A stretch of DNA of 56,374 nt, counting the filler, from Sluysia triapertura (lineage: Eukaryota): NCBI GenBank assembly GCA_046118255.1. It is 3 parts of 3 records of this genome, joined end to end, with 100 filler letters (N's around TTAATTAATTAA, not from the genome) between each part and the next. Parts side by side here need not be neighbours in the genome. Positions count along the whole stretch, not along the records: positions 1 to 31,266 come from JBJNIA010208478.1; 2 more parts are not named here. The stretch is one strand, 5' to 3'. Within the stretch, counting starts at the first letter, position 1, and each line of letters starts with the position of its first letter. Shown here piece by piece: positions 11,211-24,082 of this stretch. The position numbers and the translations under genes are program-made. The notes beneath the pieces are model-generated. The model was not told where the DNA came from, did not search any database, and worked only from the letters and a program-made list of their open reading frames with translations.

Positions 11211-14030
11211 GAATAAAAGTGAATCTTAAAATCGATGTCTTAATCTACACATACAAGTTTAAAAGTGCAAATTTCATTGAATTTCCAATTAATTGAGGGC
11301 TTTTCATTGTAAACAGATATGAACTCGGCTATACGAAGTCCGTTAGGGCAACTATTGCGATAAAGAACTTTAAAATTTAACAACAACCTATCACTTGCGG
11401 GAGGACTCATACTATGATCAAATGCATAATGTTAAACAATACTAATGGAGGCATATATATGCTGTTTGCAGCGGGTTTCCAGCAGTTAAAAGGTATAACC
11501 AATGTAGGACGCCTTACAACGTTCCTCTTATAGTTAAACTTGTATACCCCACAGCAGCTTTCCATGTTGCCCCGACGCTGTATTGTGCTAAACAGATCCA
11601 CCAATTTTGTGGGCGGTCATAAGCTCTGATTGCAATAGAGGTTCTAACTGAATTTGGTTTTATATGGGCCGAAACTATTTTCTGGAGCAGTTCTTGATCA
11701 CGCTTGAAGCTACTTAAATTATTCAACATGACAAAGTACCTTACTCATTCTTCGTGTGGGGCTTCCTACTTATTCACATACTTGTTCAGTTTCATTTTTA
11801 TAATATTTTCTACTAGGGCCTGCGGAAATGAGTTGTTAGACAAAACTGTTTTTATGCGCTCCAACTCACAGCTGCACTGCATCCAACTAGAGCTATGAGT
11901 CAGTACCCGGTTAACCAATGATTTTATAGTACATTTCTTGCAGCAGTCGGGAGTGAAAGAGGTAAAATTTGCATGCATTCCTTAGCCTGATGATGCTTAC
12001 TGTTTGTACCAGAACCGGAAATTTTAAATTCTATGCCTGCATTAAATTCTTGGGAAGAGTTATCGAGTAGTAAGGATGTGAAGTTCTTCATTCACAAACC
12101 GGAAAGTATGGTGGAAACGTTCTTCTGCCGCACACAAGGAATAAAATTACAAATTTGTCGAAGTACAGTCTTTCTGATATAGAGTTTAGAGTACTGAATA
12201 GAGGTCTGAACTTCGGCATAAAGAGGAAACACCATGGGATTAAAAGTAAAATCGAAATGGAAAAGTTTAATGGTAACATACTTAGGACAAGTAGAAATAA
12301 CGAAGTGACTGTGACAGAACCTGAAGCATTAAAAAGTAAGTTAAAAACGTTTGATTACAGGAGCCACAAGGACCAGAAGAGGGACAGTTTAAGCAGAGAA
12401 GAAAAGGAGGCATTGAAAACACTTCGGAAAAAACCGGAGATTGTTATCCAGCGACTTGATAAGGAAGGAGGCGTAGTTGTCTTAGATCGTGAGAAATGCA
12501 CTGAAAATCTTAGGCAGTTAGTCAGCGATCTCACGAAGTTAGGCAGAGCACAATCGGATCAAACAAAGAGGTTGAAGCAAAGAATAAACGAAATAGCAAG
12601 AGAATACAAGCACACCTCTGAAGCTACGTATCAAAAGTTGCACAGGTCAGGAAACCACTCTCCAGGCCACTTGTATGGGCTGCCTACAGTGCACAAAGAT
12701 CAAATAGATCCACCGCTAAGACCAATAATTTCGATGATAGGAACAGTAACGCATGAAATTGCTCAATTTGCAAACGACCTAATCAGATCATATATAAACA
12801 GGACCGATATTGTTTCATCCAGTGAGGAATTCATTTTTAGACTGGGAGGTGCAGCTGTCCTTTTAGGCTTCAGAGTGGCATCACTGAATGTTGAATCACT
12901 ATTTACCAATGTCCCAGTGCAAACTACAATAGACATCATAGTGCAACGGGTATATCATCATAAAAGCTTGCCTCCACCTGCCTTCCCAGCTTCAACTCTG
13001 CGGGAAGTACTGGTACTGTGCACTACACAAATTCAGATTTTGTTTGATGAAATAGAATACATCCAGAGTGATGGAGCGTCGATGGGTTCGCCGTTGAGTC
13101 CCCCATTTGCTCATTTTTATAGTGCTGACTTGAAATCGAGATTATTTGCACAAGACAAAACTTCAAATCTGAAATTTGACGTCAGATGTGTTTTTGAAGC
13201 CTGATGAACGGTTCGAAACAGGAGTCTACATAAAACTAACGGACAAAACAATGTATGCTAATTTTACCTCTTTCACTCCATACTGCTACAAGAAATGTAT
13301 TATAAAATCATTGGTCAACCGAGCACTGACTCATAGCTCCACTTGGATGCAGTGCAGCAGTTTGTTGGAGCGCATAACAACTCATTTCCGCAGGCCCTGG
13401 TAGAAAATATTATTAAAATGAAAACTGAACGAGTATGTGAAAAAGTAGGAAGCCCCCACCCGAAGAATGAATATGGTACTTTGTCCTGTTGGATAATTTA
13501 AGTAGCTTCAAGCGTGATCAAGAACTACTCCAGAAAATAGTTTCGGCCCATATAAAACCAAATTCAGTTGGAACCTCTATTGCAATCAGAGCTTATAACC
13601 GCCCAGCAAAATTGGCGGATCAGTTTAGCACAAAACAGCGTCGGAGTAACATGGACAGCAGCTCTGTGGTATACAAGTTTAACTGTACGGAGGAACGTTG
13701 TAAGGCGTCCTACATTGGTTATACCACTGAACTGCTGGAAACCCGCTGTAAACAGCATATATATGCCTCTAGTAGCATTTTTCAACATTATGCCCTTGAT
13801 CACAGCATGAGTCCACCCGCAAGTGATAGGTTGTTGTTAAATTTTAAAGTTCTTTATCGCAATAGTTGCCCTAACGAACTTCGTATAGCCGAGTCCATAT
13901 CTATTTACAATGAAAAGCCCTCAATTAATTATAAATTCAGTGACATTTCCAATGTTTTAAACTTATATGTATAGATTAAGACATCGATTTTAAGATTCAC
14001 TTTTATTCCAGATTTTAGCCCGATGATTCC
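11211..14030 (+). mobile_element. Penelope-like element, family B, with ~770-bp inverted 5' arm; decayed, with the YxDD region deleted
   Basis: ORFs 12155-13204 (LYGLPTVHK, PLRPIIS, SLFTNVP, GASMGSPLSP), 13176-13403 and 13489-13974 (VVYKFNC....CKASYIGYT). 11211-~11980 is the reverse complement of ~13250-14008. Confidence 0.93.
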
Positions 14031-17000
14031 ATAAGATCCTGACATAAATACAAAAGGGACAATACAAAACAAATAGGCTACAAACAAACTATTTTTAAAA
14101 TGAAGAGGTGAAAGAATGTTTGAAAGTAAGAATATAAATCTTACACTCATAACCGACCTTAAATATTGAAGCTCTTCTTTTAATGTCAGGAGGCGGCACG
14201 AAGATCTGGCGATCAAACCAGCCAAGACGCAGCAGGGCCTTGTCCTGTATGTCAATAATGTTAGTGGCAGCCAATACGATAACAATGCTTGCGGTGTTAA
14301 ATCCTGCCAACAAACATTCCAGGTGCATAAGTAAGGCATGAAATATCATAACATATACTACTCTTATGGCAGTAACAGTACCTAGACAACGTTTCTATCA
14401 ACAAAGAGCACTCCATGTGGAAAAACAGCATTAGTAGATGGGTTTAATAAAATAGATGTAAAAATAAATTTTTACACATTTGGATGATCTGAATATTTTA
14501 CAGCTTACGTCCATAAGAAACTTCGTTTACTAAACCAGGCTGAATTACAAATCTGGCATCAACTAAAACGAAAACGCACAGATTATGACAAAACACTTGT
14601 AAATAGTTAAAATGAAAGAAGTCCAACATTTCAGAGAGAACCCTTTAAAAAGTAAAATTATGGTTTCAAGAAATCTAAATTTCAAATTTAAGCTGAGAGA
14701 AAGATGTTTTCCAGAGAATACGACAATACGTTATTCTAAAAAACCTAAGGACTATACGTCGTTTGACATGACCTTATAACGATAAAAGAGCTTGCAGCAA
14801 AATAGTAAGTAATTTTCTTTCCGACCACATACAAGGAGCAGCAGAAAACTCGAGAATTTCTTACCATCCATTTCCACGAGGAGCTGGTTAAGAGTGCTCT
14901 CCTGCTCGCTGTTCCCTCCAAAATTTCTTCCGCCCCGCATATGATCGACAGCATCGATTTCGTTCATGAACAGAATACAAGAAGCGTTCTTACGGGCCAC
15001 AGCAAAGATGTCTCGCACATACAGGCTAAATCAAACAGAAATTCAAATCTGAACATTTTTTCTTATTGTCTTTTGAAGATGTACACAAATAATCAAAATC
15101 TAATTGCTGCCATTAAGAATGAAAGTTACATTAAGAAAACAAGCGAACTTGATTCGAATTGAGTTAGATCTTTAAAAACTAAAACAAATAATCCGTTAAA
15201 CCGACAAAAATATAACATCAAAAACAATACAATCAATGCATTAATGTTCAGAAAGAATATCTTTATTGCAAACCGGAAATAAACACATTTTGATATAAAT
15301 TTGACGAAATAAGAACTCACTCGAGAGGGTCCAACACCCACAGACAGAAATTCAGAAGCAGAGACAAACGGGATATCAGCTTCCCCAGCTACGGCCTAGG
15401 CAAGAAGTGTCTTACCAGTACACGGAGGACCTGTAGGAATGCAGTTACAAAACATATTAGAATAATTTGAATACAGTTTGAAACACAGAAAACAGATGCA
15501 CAATCGTAGTATTAACTGTTCAGTTAAAATTGCTCCTTTGGGCATTTTTGCACCAAGGTCAGTGTGCTGTTGGGGATTTTTCAAGAAATTTACAAATTCT
15601 AAAATTTCTATATTAGCCTCACCACAGCCAGTAACTTTCCGGCGATAAATAAACAAAATATTTTCGAAAATTAGCAAGCCAACTTAAAGATTATAACGAA
15701 CGATTTCGGCCCTTGCTGAAGTCTTTAATATTATAAGATACTCTAAACAGCAAATGTTCTGCAGTTCGTGGAGAAGTCTGTAAAATACAATTATTTCTGC
15801 TGATAACTAGTAAACACTTTTACATAACATTTCATTTAACAAACTTACAGTACGTGGTTACAGTATATTAAATCCGCAAGATAACTCACATTTTACAAGC
15901 TAAACTTGAAACACGGTGCGCATATAGGATTACCAAAACACAAGCAAAGAACATTTTTTTATTACTTCAAAATGGAAACAAGACGCTTGCAATTAAAAGT
16001 AAAAAACAATAAGCATGTGCTTTTCTGGCCTGTATTGAACAAAAAACAACTCATAGTAAAAGAAATGTATATTCACAACAACAATGTACAGTATTTGAGA
16101 TATAAATACTCATCTACAATCATATTACAATCACAAATGTTCAAAGATGTTATTGTTATTATTTCACAATACTTATAGGTGAATAAATAGAATTCCTGGC
16201 GAATTCGAAATACTTTTCAGTGTTAAGTAATTAAATATTTATTATTTAAAGAACATGCTATACTTCTACAGAATGCTTTAGTGTTGCAGTTCTTTCGTAG
16301 TTGTCAAGAATTTCAGATTTCAAATTAACTCATATCACACTTTAATCTATGAATCAGCCAATATGCAAAAAAAAGATTCATTTCACTCAAACAATTTGAG
16401 TAGATTTTATTCACAACTTCAACAGAAAAAGTAAAACAGATATTGCAGCAAAAGTCATTGAACAAACTTCTTTTTAAAAATTAGCTAAGAACGTTTCGAT
16501 CAACAACTATTTCCTACGAGCGAAAAAAAATTATCTACAATGTACAAGAGAGGAATTTATACTTCAAAAAGTAGCATGCGCCAAATTGCACTACACAGAG
16601 AGGCATGGCGCTTTGCGTGTCACAGAGCTTCGGCATCGTTCATATTTTAAACATTTAAATTGCAGCTGAATAACGTGCAAAGAGACTTTCCTTTCAGTAG
16701 TTTGAATAGACGAATATTAATTTATTTCTATTGATTGCTTTTAATATACGTCATTGTTGCAGAGCTTTTTCGCTGATGAACAATGGTTGTTAGTTCTTAA
16801 ACAACGTTGTTAGTTTTTAAAAACTCGTTTTAACAATGACTTTAGCGAAAGCCTTCATCCAACAAGAGTGGTTCTTATCAGTCTAACTCTATCACGCAAT
16901 TTTCTCTTGTGCAGATGTTTGGAAATAATTAGCATAAAATATTATGAGTTTACAAGTTTCTTTCAGAATTCTAGATATTTGTTCGATTAATATATTATTT

Positions 17001-17546
17001 TCAGTTACCCGAAATCAAATTACTTTTAATATAATCTGGCATTCACGGCTCAAAGATCGCATCTGATCTCTTGAAAAAGCATGCTACGTTGGATACAAGT
17101 ACTTATTTTCAATGACAAAAACCAACAAATATGTATGTAGATAATTAAATGGGCACAAGGCGTTACCTGTACCGAAACATAATATAGCAATACGTTTTCT
17201 TGTTCAGTTTCAAATACAAGGATGATTGGTAAATTATGTCATCTTTCATTGATGAAATATTTGTTTACATTTATATAGATCACAACACACAATTGAACAG
17301 AAGAGGAGCAAAACAGAATTCATAAGCTACATAAATGTGATAATAATTATACTGAATTTATAATACTGAAGTTACAGCAAAAACCTTTGACAAAAAACAT
17401 AGTTGAGTACAATGAGTTACATAGCAACAGACAAATAAAGAGCATTATGGAAAAAATAAAGTACGAATTGACGCTATCGTCTACCTGAGCAAGATCTTGA
17501 CAATTACTTTATCACGGATAAGCAACCAAGCCCTAAAGCAAAGCAG

Positions 17547-17905
17547 CAATACAAAATTGANNNNNNNNNNNNNNNNNNNNNNNNNNNNNNNNNNNNNNNN
17601 NNNNNNNNNNNNNNNNNNNNNNNNNNNNNNNNNNNNNNNNNNNNNNNNNNNNNNNNNNNNAACTTCAAGCATCAATCAACAATGAAGAAGATAGCTTCAA
17701 TACCACTTCAATAGGACAAACGATGTAAAAGCAGGTTCTTTCAAAAACTACGTTACAGCGAAAGCAAAACCACACAATACAAAATTGAAACTTCAAGCAT
17801 CAATCAACAATGAAGAAGATAGCTTCAATACCACTTCAATAGGACAAACGATGTAAAAGCAGGTTTTTTTTCAAAAACTACGTTACAGCGAAAGCAAAAT
17901 CACAT
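17547..17905. repeat. ~128-bp tandem repeat adjoining a 100-N scaffold gap (17561-17660)
   Basis: 17661-17788 is repeated at 17789-~17905. The unit end 'caatacaaaattga' also precedes the gap. Confidence 0.9.
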
Positions 17906-18462
17906 AAGAATTAATACAATCACTTTTAAATGCAAACCCACAAAATGCTGTAGGAATTTTTGGGCCACGGCTTTGAGATGCTTGCCAACGGAATATCGAA
18001 TATTAAAAACTGGAAGAAATATTAATGGTCAGTACCGCAAACACTATAATACTGCACACTGATGAGTTATATTTTATTAACCATTGCGATAAATCTTTTA
18101 TATTTACTGTTTAATTTGCTTTGCTCAAGCGTTGCAAGACACGAACAAACAGGCAGTTGCTTCAACTTTATTGATCACAAGTGTTTTTATTATTTATGGT
18201 AGTAACTATGTACATCCCTTTGATAATCTTGAATGACATTTTTTAATGATGTCCACACCGCAACCACGCTTGTACGTCAAAGAACAATCGTGATTATTAA
18301 ATAACGCAGGGAGATATCAAAGCTATAGATACGAAGATAAAAATCAGCGAAACAACTAAATATGTAGTGACCAATTGATACTTTGTATCGACTCAATTTT
18401 AAGCAAAGTATATTTTTTCTTTTACTGCTATTTCCAAATATTTTTACCGCGTTGTATTGGTC

Positions 18463-18810
18463 AATTTTGAAAGAAATAATATTTACTCACATTCTATATT
18501 GTTAATACACACGATTACAAATATTTGGAGTAAATTTGAACATAATTTATATTTGTCACAATTGCAAGAACGTCAAACTTCAAAACGCAAAATAACTATT
18601 ACAAAAATAAGTTCATTTTCTCAGAAATTACGGGAGAACAGCGGCAAAGATATTATCGAAAAATTCAATCGGATTGTTCGTATACGGTTTGGGAAAATAT
18701 ATATCCAGTTACAAATTTTATCGTATATCTGTTATCTCGATATCTGGCTAAAATTAATCTCCTGGAAACGTTCATCTTTAGAACTGACAATGAGAATACA
18801 ACTCAATGAG
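18463..18810. repeat. Interspersed repeat, copy 1 (partner at ~20452-20808)
   Basis: Nearly identical sequence in both copies; ORF-track peptides at 18457 and 20487 align over their length. Confidence 0.9.
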
Positions 18811-19866
18811 TTAACTTTTCCTTCCAGATATCAATCCCATTCCAGGAGCCCGCACTGCCGACATAGTGATCCAGCCTATGCAAAAGTATCATAATCAGTG
18901 ATAAAATGAGGGATTACACCACTTGAAACAGATCTATGATTCAAATGTTATTAAAAACTACCGTTACTACAAACAAGCAGCAAAGTACAAATCTTATGGA
19001 AGTCTGTTCGCAACTTACAACTTTGCGCTTTCAAAGATATAACTGCTAGAATGCTGTAAACAAAAAAGGGGTATAATTTCATAATACACGTCAGCAACAA
19101 CAGACAGCTAAAATTTTCTATGAATTTGAAGAAGAAAGAATAAAAATAGAATGAAAAGTACCGGTAACGAGGAGAAGAGTCAGCAATGGCAGTGAGGAGC
19201 CGACCCAAATCTCGTTCACCATGTTTTGAGTCACAACGCCGAGCTCTGCCAGTACTGCGTCCAGGATCCTTTCGGAGCTATTTACGCTGCCGACGATAAA
19301 CCTTAAAATTCTCTGCAAGAAATAATTGATATATATCAACAGAAAATTAGAAAGATGTTTCAGCAAGTCAAAAAATTAGTTGTACACATAAACAACTCAT
19401 ATTAATGAAATATTACCATCGACAAATTAGCATGCAACCAGAACCTCATGCGATGTTCAATACATACTGAATAATACAAACTTACGCGTCCATCAACAAA
19501 CTGATCAGGAACCAGTTTGACACGAACCCATTGTTTGTTGACCACCTCCAGCTTTTCAACCACTCCCCTACTCATATAATTGCAAAGAAATTCCTCAACT
19601 ACCAATACACAATTATATATAAATAAAATCAAAAGTCCTTACAACCAAATCAAAGCATTAAAAATAATGACTAACTTTGATGTGATGAGTAATTTTCTCA
19701 CAAGAAAAATTATACAATAAAGCAGAGGCAAACATAAGAAAGGCGACAATCCTAGCTAACTTGATCAGTTTCTCACTGTCCGGACCTCTCCCTCCTCCTC
19801 TGAGACTCCTAATGATTTCTTCCCAGAGTCACTAAAATTAATTTATAATATGTTACCGAAAATAAT

Positions 19867-21559
19867 GTGTTGAAAATATTATTAAACATTCATCACATAT
19901 TAAACAGCTAAGTTATGGCAGCATAACTGGAGTGTGACATAAAAATTACCCCAATTTCCAATCGAAAAGACTAAAATCCTCCGAAGAATCCGATTTTGAA
20001 GGTTTTCAAGGCCTTTTTGATTTTTCTTCTAAGCATTAAAGCTATAATAGAAACAGCAACTACAACGCATTAAAACGCACATTTTCAGCTATTCTTAGTT
20101 CAATACAGTCATAAGTTGTGAATGCATAATCAACATTCATCAATGATTAGCAATTTAGAATGATCATTTTAACGAATTATTTTAACTAAAATAGTTGGTA
20201 CAAAACTTAAGAGTTTTCATTAAGTGTTTCAAATTATAAAAGAACACCGAAATAATAATAAAAAATTATGCAAATAAGTTAAGATGTCCCAAAAAAAAAA
20301 CAACGCTTACAGGTTCAGACGCAGCACTTCCTTCTCTGCAGAACTTTGCAAAGACTTTCGGCGGTTGGCAAAACAGTTTTTCGATCATATTTATCATATT
20401 ACCGCTGGCTATTTTAAATTACAGACCTTCAGTAAGCTTACTCCAATGGCCAATTTGAAAGAAATAATATTTACTCGCATTCTATATTGTTCGTAAGTTA
20501 TAAAGACACGATTACGGATATTTGGAGTAAATTTGAACCTTATTTATATTTGTCCCAATTGCAAGAACGTCAAACTTTAAAACGCAAAATAGCTGTTACA
20601 AAAATATGTTCATTTTCTCAGAAATTATGGGAGAACAGCGGCAAAGTTATTATCGAAAAATTCAATCGGATTGTTCGTATACGGTTTGGGAAAATAGATA
20701 TCCAGTTACAAATTTTATCCTATATCTGTTATCTCGATGTCCGGCTAAAATTAATCTCCTGGAAACTTTCATCTTTAAAACTGACATTGAGAATACAACT
20801 CAATGATTTCACATTGAACCAACGAAAGAAACAGATTAAAAATACTTGACTGAAAAAAAAACGGAATGAAGACTTGGTTTGAATCAACGCCAATTTCGCC
20901 AGGGTTCACAATTTTCCCAGTAGACTGCCAAAACCGTGTTTAAAATATAATTACATATTCATCACATAATAAACAGCTAAGTTACAGCAGCACAACTGGA
21001 GTGTAACATAATTATCCCAATTTCCAATCAAAAAGACTAAAACCCTCCGGAGAATCAGATTTTGAAGGTTTTCAAGAACTATTGGATTTCTGTTCTAAGC
21101 TTTGAAGCTATAGGAGAAACAACAGCTACGACGCATTAAAACACACATTTTTAGCTATTCTTAGCTCAATGCAGTAATAGGTTGTGAATGCATAATCAAC
21201 ATTCATCAATGATTAGCAATTTAGAATTATCAGTTTTAACGAATTATCTTAAATAAAATAGTTGGTACAAAACTTAAGCGTTTTCCTTGATATCAACAAT
21301 GAAATATCCAAACTCAATACCTTTGTACATTGAAATATAAAATATTTCAAAATATTAAGAACATCGAAACACTACTCAAAAATTATGAGATTAAGTTAAG
21401 ATATTCCAAACAACAATGCTTACAGGTTTAGACGCAGCACTTCCTTTTCGGTAGAATTTTTCAAAGCCTTTCGACGGTTGGCAAACAGTTTTTTGATCGT
21501 ATTTATCAGATTCCCGTTGGATATTTTAACTTATAGCCCTTCAGTAAGCTTTCTCCAAT
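19867..21559 (-). repeat. Local direct duplication of ~600 bp (19867-20448 vs 20936-21559) covering AFG3L2 5' exons
   Basis: 'taaacagctaagtta...gtgaatgcataatcaacattcatcaatgattagcaatttagaat...gacgcagcacttcc...ccttcagtaagctt' occurs twice. Confidence 0.9.
20452..20808. repeat. Interspersed repeat, copy 2, at the junction of the AFG3L2 exon duplication
   Basis: Matches 18463-18810. Confidence 0.9.
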
Positions 21560-22873
21560 GTACTGGAGATTTTACATTAGCTAAAAGTACAGTATTATGA
21601 ATAAACTCATTAAACAGTGTACACGCTTGATTGGAAAATATCGGATTTTTGCGATCTGTATTAATTTTATCATGATGTACCGATTCTGTGCTTGTCAAGT
21701 TATTAATTGACACAGAATTCATCACACGCAAGACTGGAAGCGTCTCGTATGGTGTTCCAGAAATGATAGTGTAGGAAGGCTCTGACGACTAAGAGCTGAA
21801 AGACGTCAGTCCGGAACGAACAAATCTGATAGACTGGATACCCTAAAAACAAATTAAATTAATATAAGAATTACGTATGTACAGAATTAAAGCTAATATT
21901 CAAGCATCCAACAATCAAACAAGCACTACCTGTCCAAAAATCAGTTTATGCAAATAAAATTGTTTTGAGCAACGTCCAGCAAATCGATAAGCCATCGCGC
22001 ATATTAGTTAATTCTCAACGCGTTTAAATACTATAATAGTTTATTAATCAATAGGCATCTGTAACAAAAACGCCGAATCATTAATCGTTATAATAAAACA
22101 AAACGACAATTCTTGGTTATTTAACGACAATTAATTCTTGGTTATTTCATTCGCTCTATTCAAGCGCTTTAATTCTAAATACGACGGAGATGCAAAATTT
22201 TTCATTTATCTGAACAGTTTGTTTTATCTATTGTCTTTACTTAATTTACAAACTGTATTTTTTATCACTGCCACTGTACACATGTCAGAACTAAAAGATT
22301 TAATTTAATAGCCTACATAACTCTCTCCATTTCCATATGTAACATGTACAAAGCAACGTCAAAACTATTATCACCGCAGTACAAAGTTGAAATTATTTAT
22401 ATTATTAGGATATAAAATGAGGAATATATTTTCATCAATAATTTTTTAGGATACAGTCGCCAGCAAGATATTTAACTATTAAGCAAATACTTCACGCCAG
22501 CTTCAATTTTGCACACTAGTGTTAGAGACTTCTCAACATTCCTAAATAACTTTTTTTCGTTCAGACTCAATATTCTAAAAACTTTCGGGAATAAAAACTA
22601 TAAAGAGCTCCGTTAACTACCATCATATTGTAAAAGTAGGTACATTGAACAGTACAATACGGAACTGCTCAATTCAAGAACGACCTAATCAGAACATATA
22701 AACAATACGCACATTTATTGTTTCACCCAGTGAAGAATTCATCGGTAGACTGTAACAACATAATGCAACGAGTATATCATGAAAGTTTGCCTCCAACAAC
22801 ATTCCCAGCTTCAACTCTGCGGTAAGTGCTGGCACTGTGCACTACCCAAACTCAGGTTCTGTTTGATGTCATT

Positions 22874-23154
22874 CAGTGTTTCCCAAACTTTTTTGCAACG
22901 TTGACCACGTAAGCCATTACTTAATTTTCCTTGGACCACCTGTTTCGACTAATTTAAAATGTTCTCATTATTATTAACTTTTAATAATTTTTTTGACAAA
23001 AGATATGTTTATTGTAGGTACTTTAAAAATTAAATAATATAAAATTCCTATTAAAGATTATGTAAATTGAATATAAAATTATTGAAAAACAAAATAAACA
23101 TGTTTTCGTGGACCAACAGCAAGTCGAAATAGACCACCAGCTTGGGAATCACTG
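22874..23154. mobile_element. hAT-type MITE nested in the PLE RT
   Basis: TIRs CAGTGTTTCCCAA and TTGGGAATCACTG. 8-bp TSD atgtcatt (22866-22873) / atgtaatt (23155-23162). Removing it restores colinearity with the other family-B copy. Confidence 0.9.
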
Positions 23155-24043
23155 ATGTAATTGAATACATTCAGAGTCAGAGTATCGATGGGTTCGCCGT
23201 TAGGTATCATATTTGCTGATTTTTACATGGCTGTCTTGGAATCATGACTATTGGCTCAAGGCAAAATATCAAATCTAAAACTTTGAGTCAGATATGCCGA
23301 TGACATTTTTGCAATTTTCAAAACACCTAATCACGCTAGATTTTTTGTTCAATTAATGAAAAATAGTTCAGTAATTGTTTTTGAAGCCTAACGGACGGTT
23401 TGAAACGGGAGTCTGCACAAAACCAACTAATAAAGGAATTTATACAAATTTTATCTCTTTCACTTCCGGCTGCTATAAGAAATGTGTTACAAAAACATTA
23501 GTCAACCGTGCACTGACTCATAACTCCACTTGGATGCAGGGCAGCAGTGAGCTGAAACGCATAAAAAAGGTATTGTCTAACAACTCTTTTCCGCAGGCCT
23601 TGATAGAAAACATAATAAAAAGAAAACTGGACCAGGATGTGAACAAGCAAACGGCCCCACCCGATGAATGTTCAAAGTACTTTGCACAGTTGAATAATTT
23701 AAGTAGCTTCAAGCGTGACCAAGAACTACACCAGAAAATAGTTTCAGCCCATGTAAAACCAAATTCAGTTGGAACCTCAACTGCAATCAGAGCACACGAT
23801 CGCCCATCAAAATTATCCGGACAGTTCAGCACAAGGCAGCTTCGGGGTAATATGTACAGCAACTGTGTGGTGTATAAGCTTAACTGTACAGATAAGCGCT
23901 GTAAGTTACCTACATTGGTTACACCATGTAACAGCTAGCAGTATTTTTCAACATTATGCCCTTGACAATAGCATGAGTCCCCTCGCAAGTGATAGGTTGT
24001 TGTTAAATTTCAAAATTCCGTAACAATGTACATATTTTCCACA

Positions 24044-24082
24044 TTTTAGCCAGATGATTCCCACAGTTGTGGCGAAACGTTA
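24044..24082 (+). ncRNA. Degenerate hammerhead-like motif of PLE family B
   Basis: ttttagc-CAGATGA-ttc-CCAC-agtt-GTGG-c-GAAACGTT. Sister fragments read CCGATGA (~14021) and CTGATGA (~11987), which implies an ancestral CTGATGA core. Confidence 0.6.

Larger units (their letters stand above)
14158..21995 (-). pseudogene. AFG3L2: AFG3L2-like (mitochondrial m-AAA protease) multi-exon pseudogene lacking the M41 peptidase half
   Basis: Exon translations include MAYRFAGR.. (21995), [117 protein letters not shown] and [19 protein letters not shown]. There is a stop after Walker A, decayed Walker B and SRH motifs, and mutated splice sites. Confidence 0.92.

Noticed and set aside
14158-15680. Non-canonical introns (AA.. 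donor at ~15520, ..TAT acceptor at ~15020) in the AFG3L2-like gene
   Set aside because: Neighbouring introns are GT-AG and the exons are themselves disabled, so these are most simply mutated sites.
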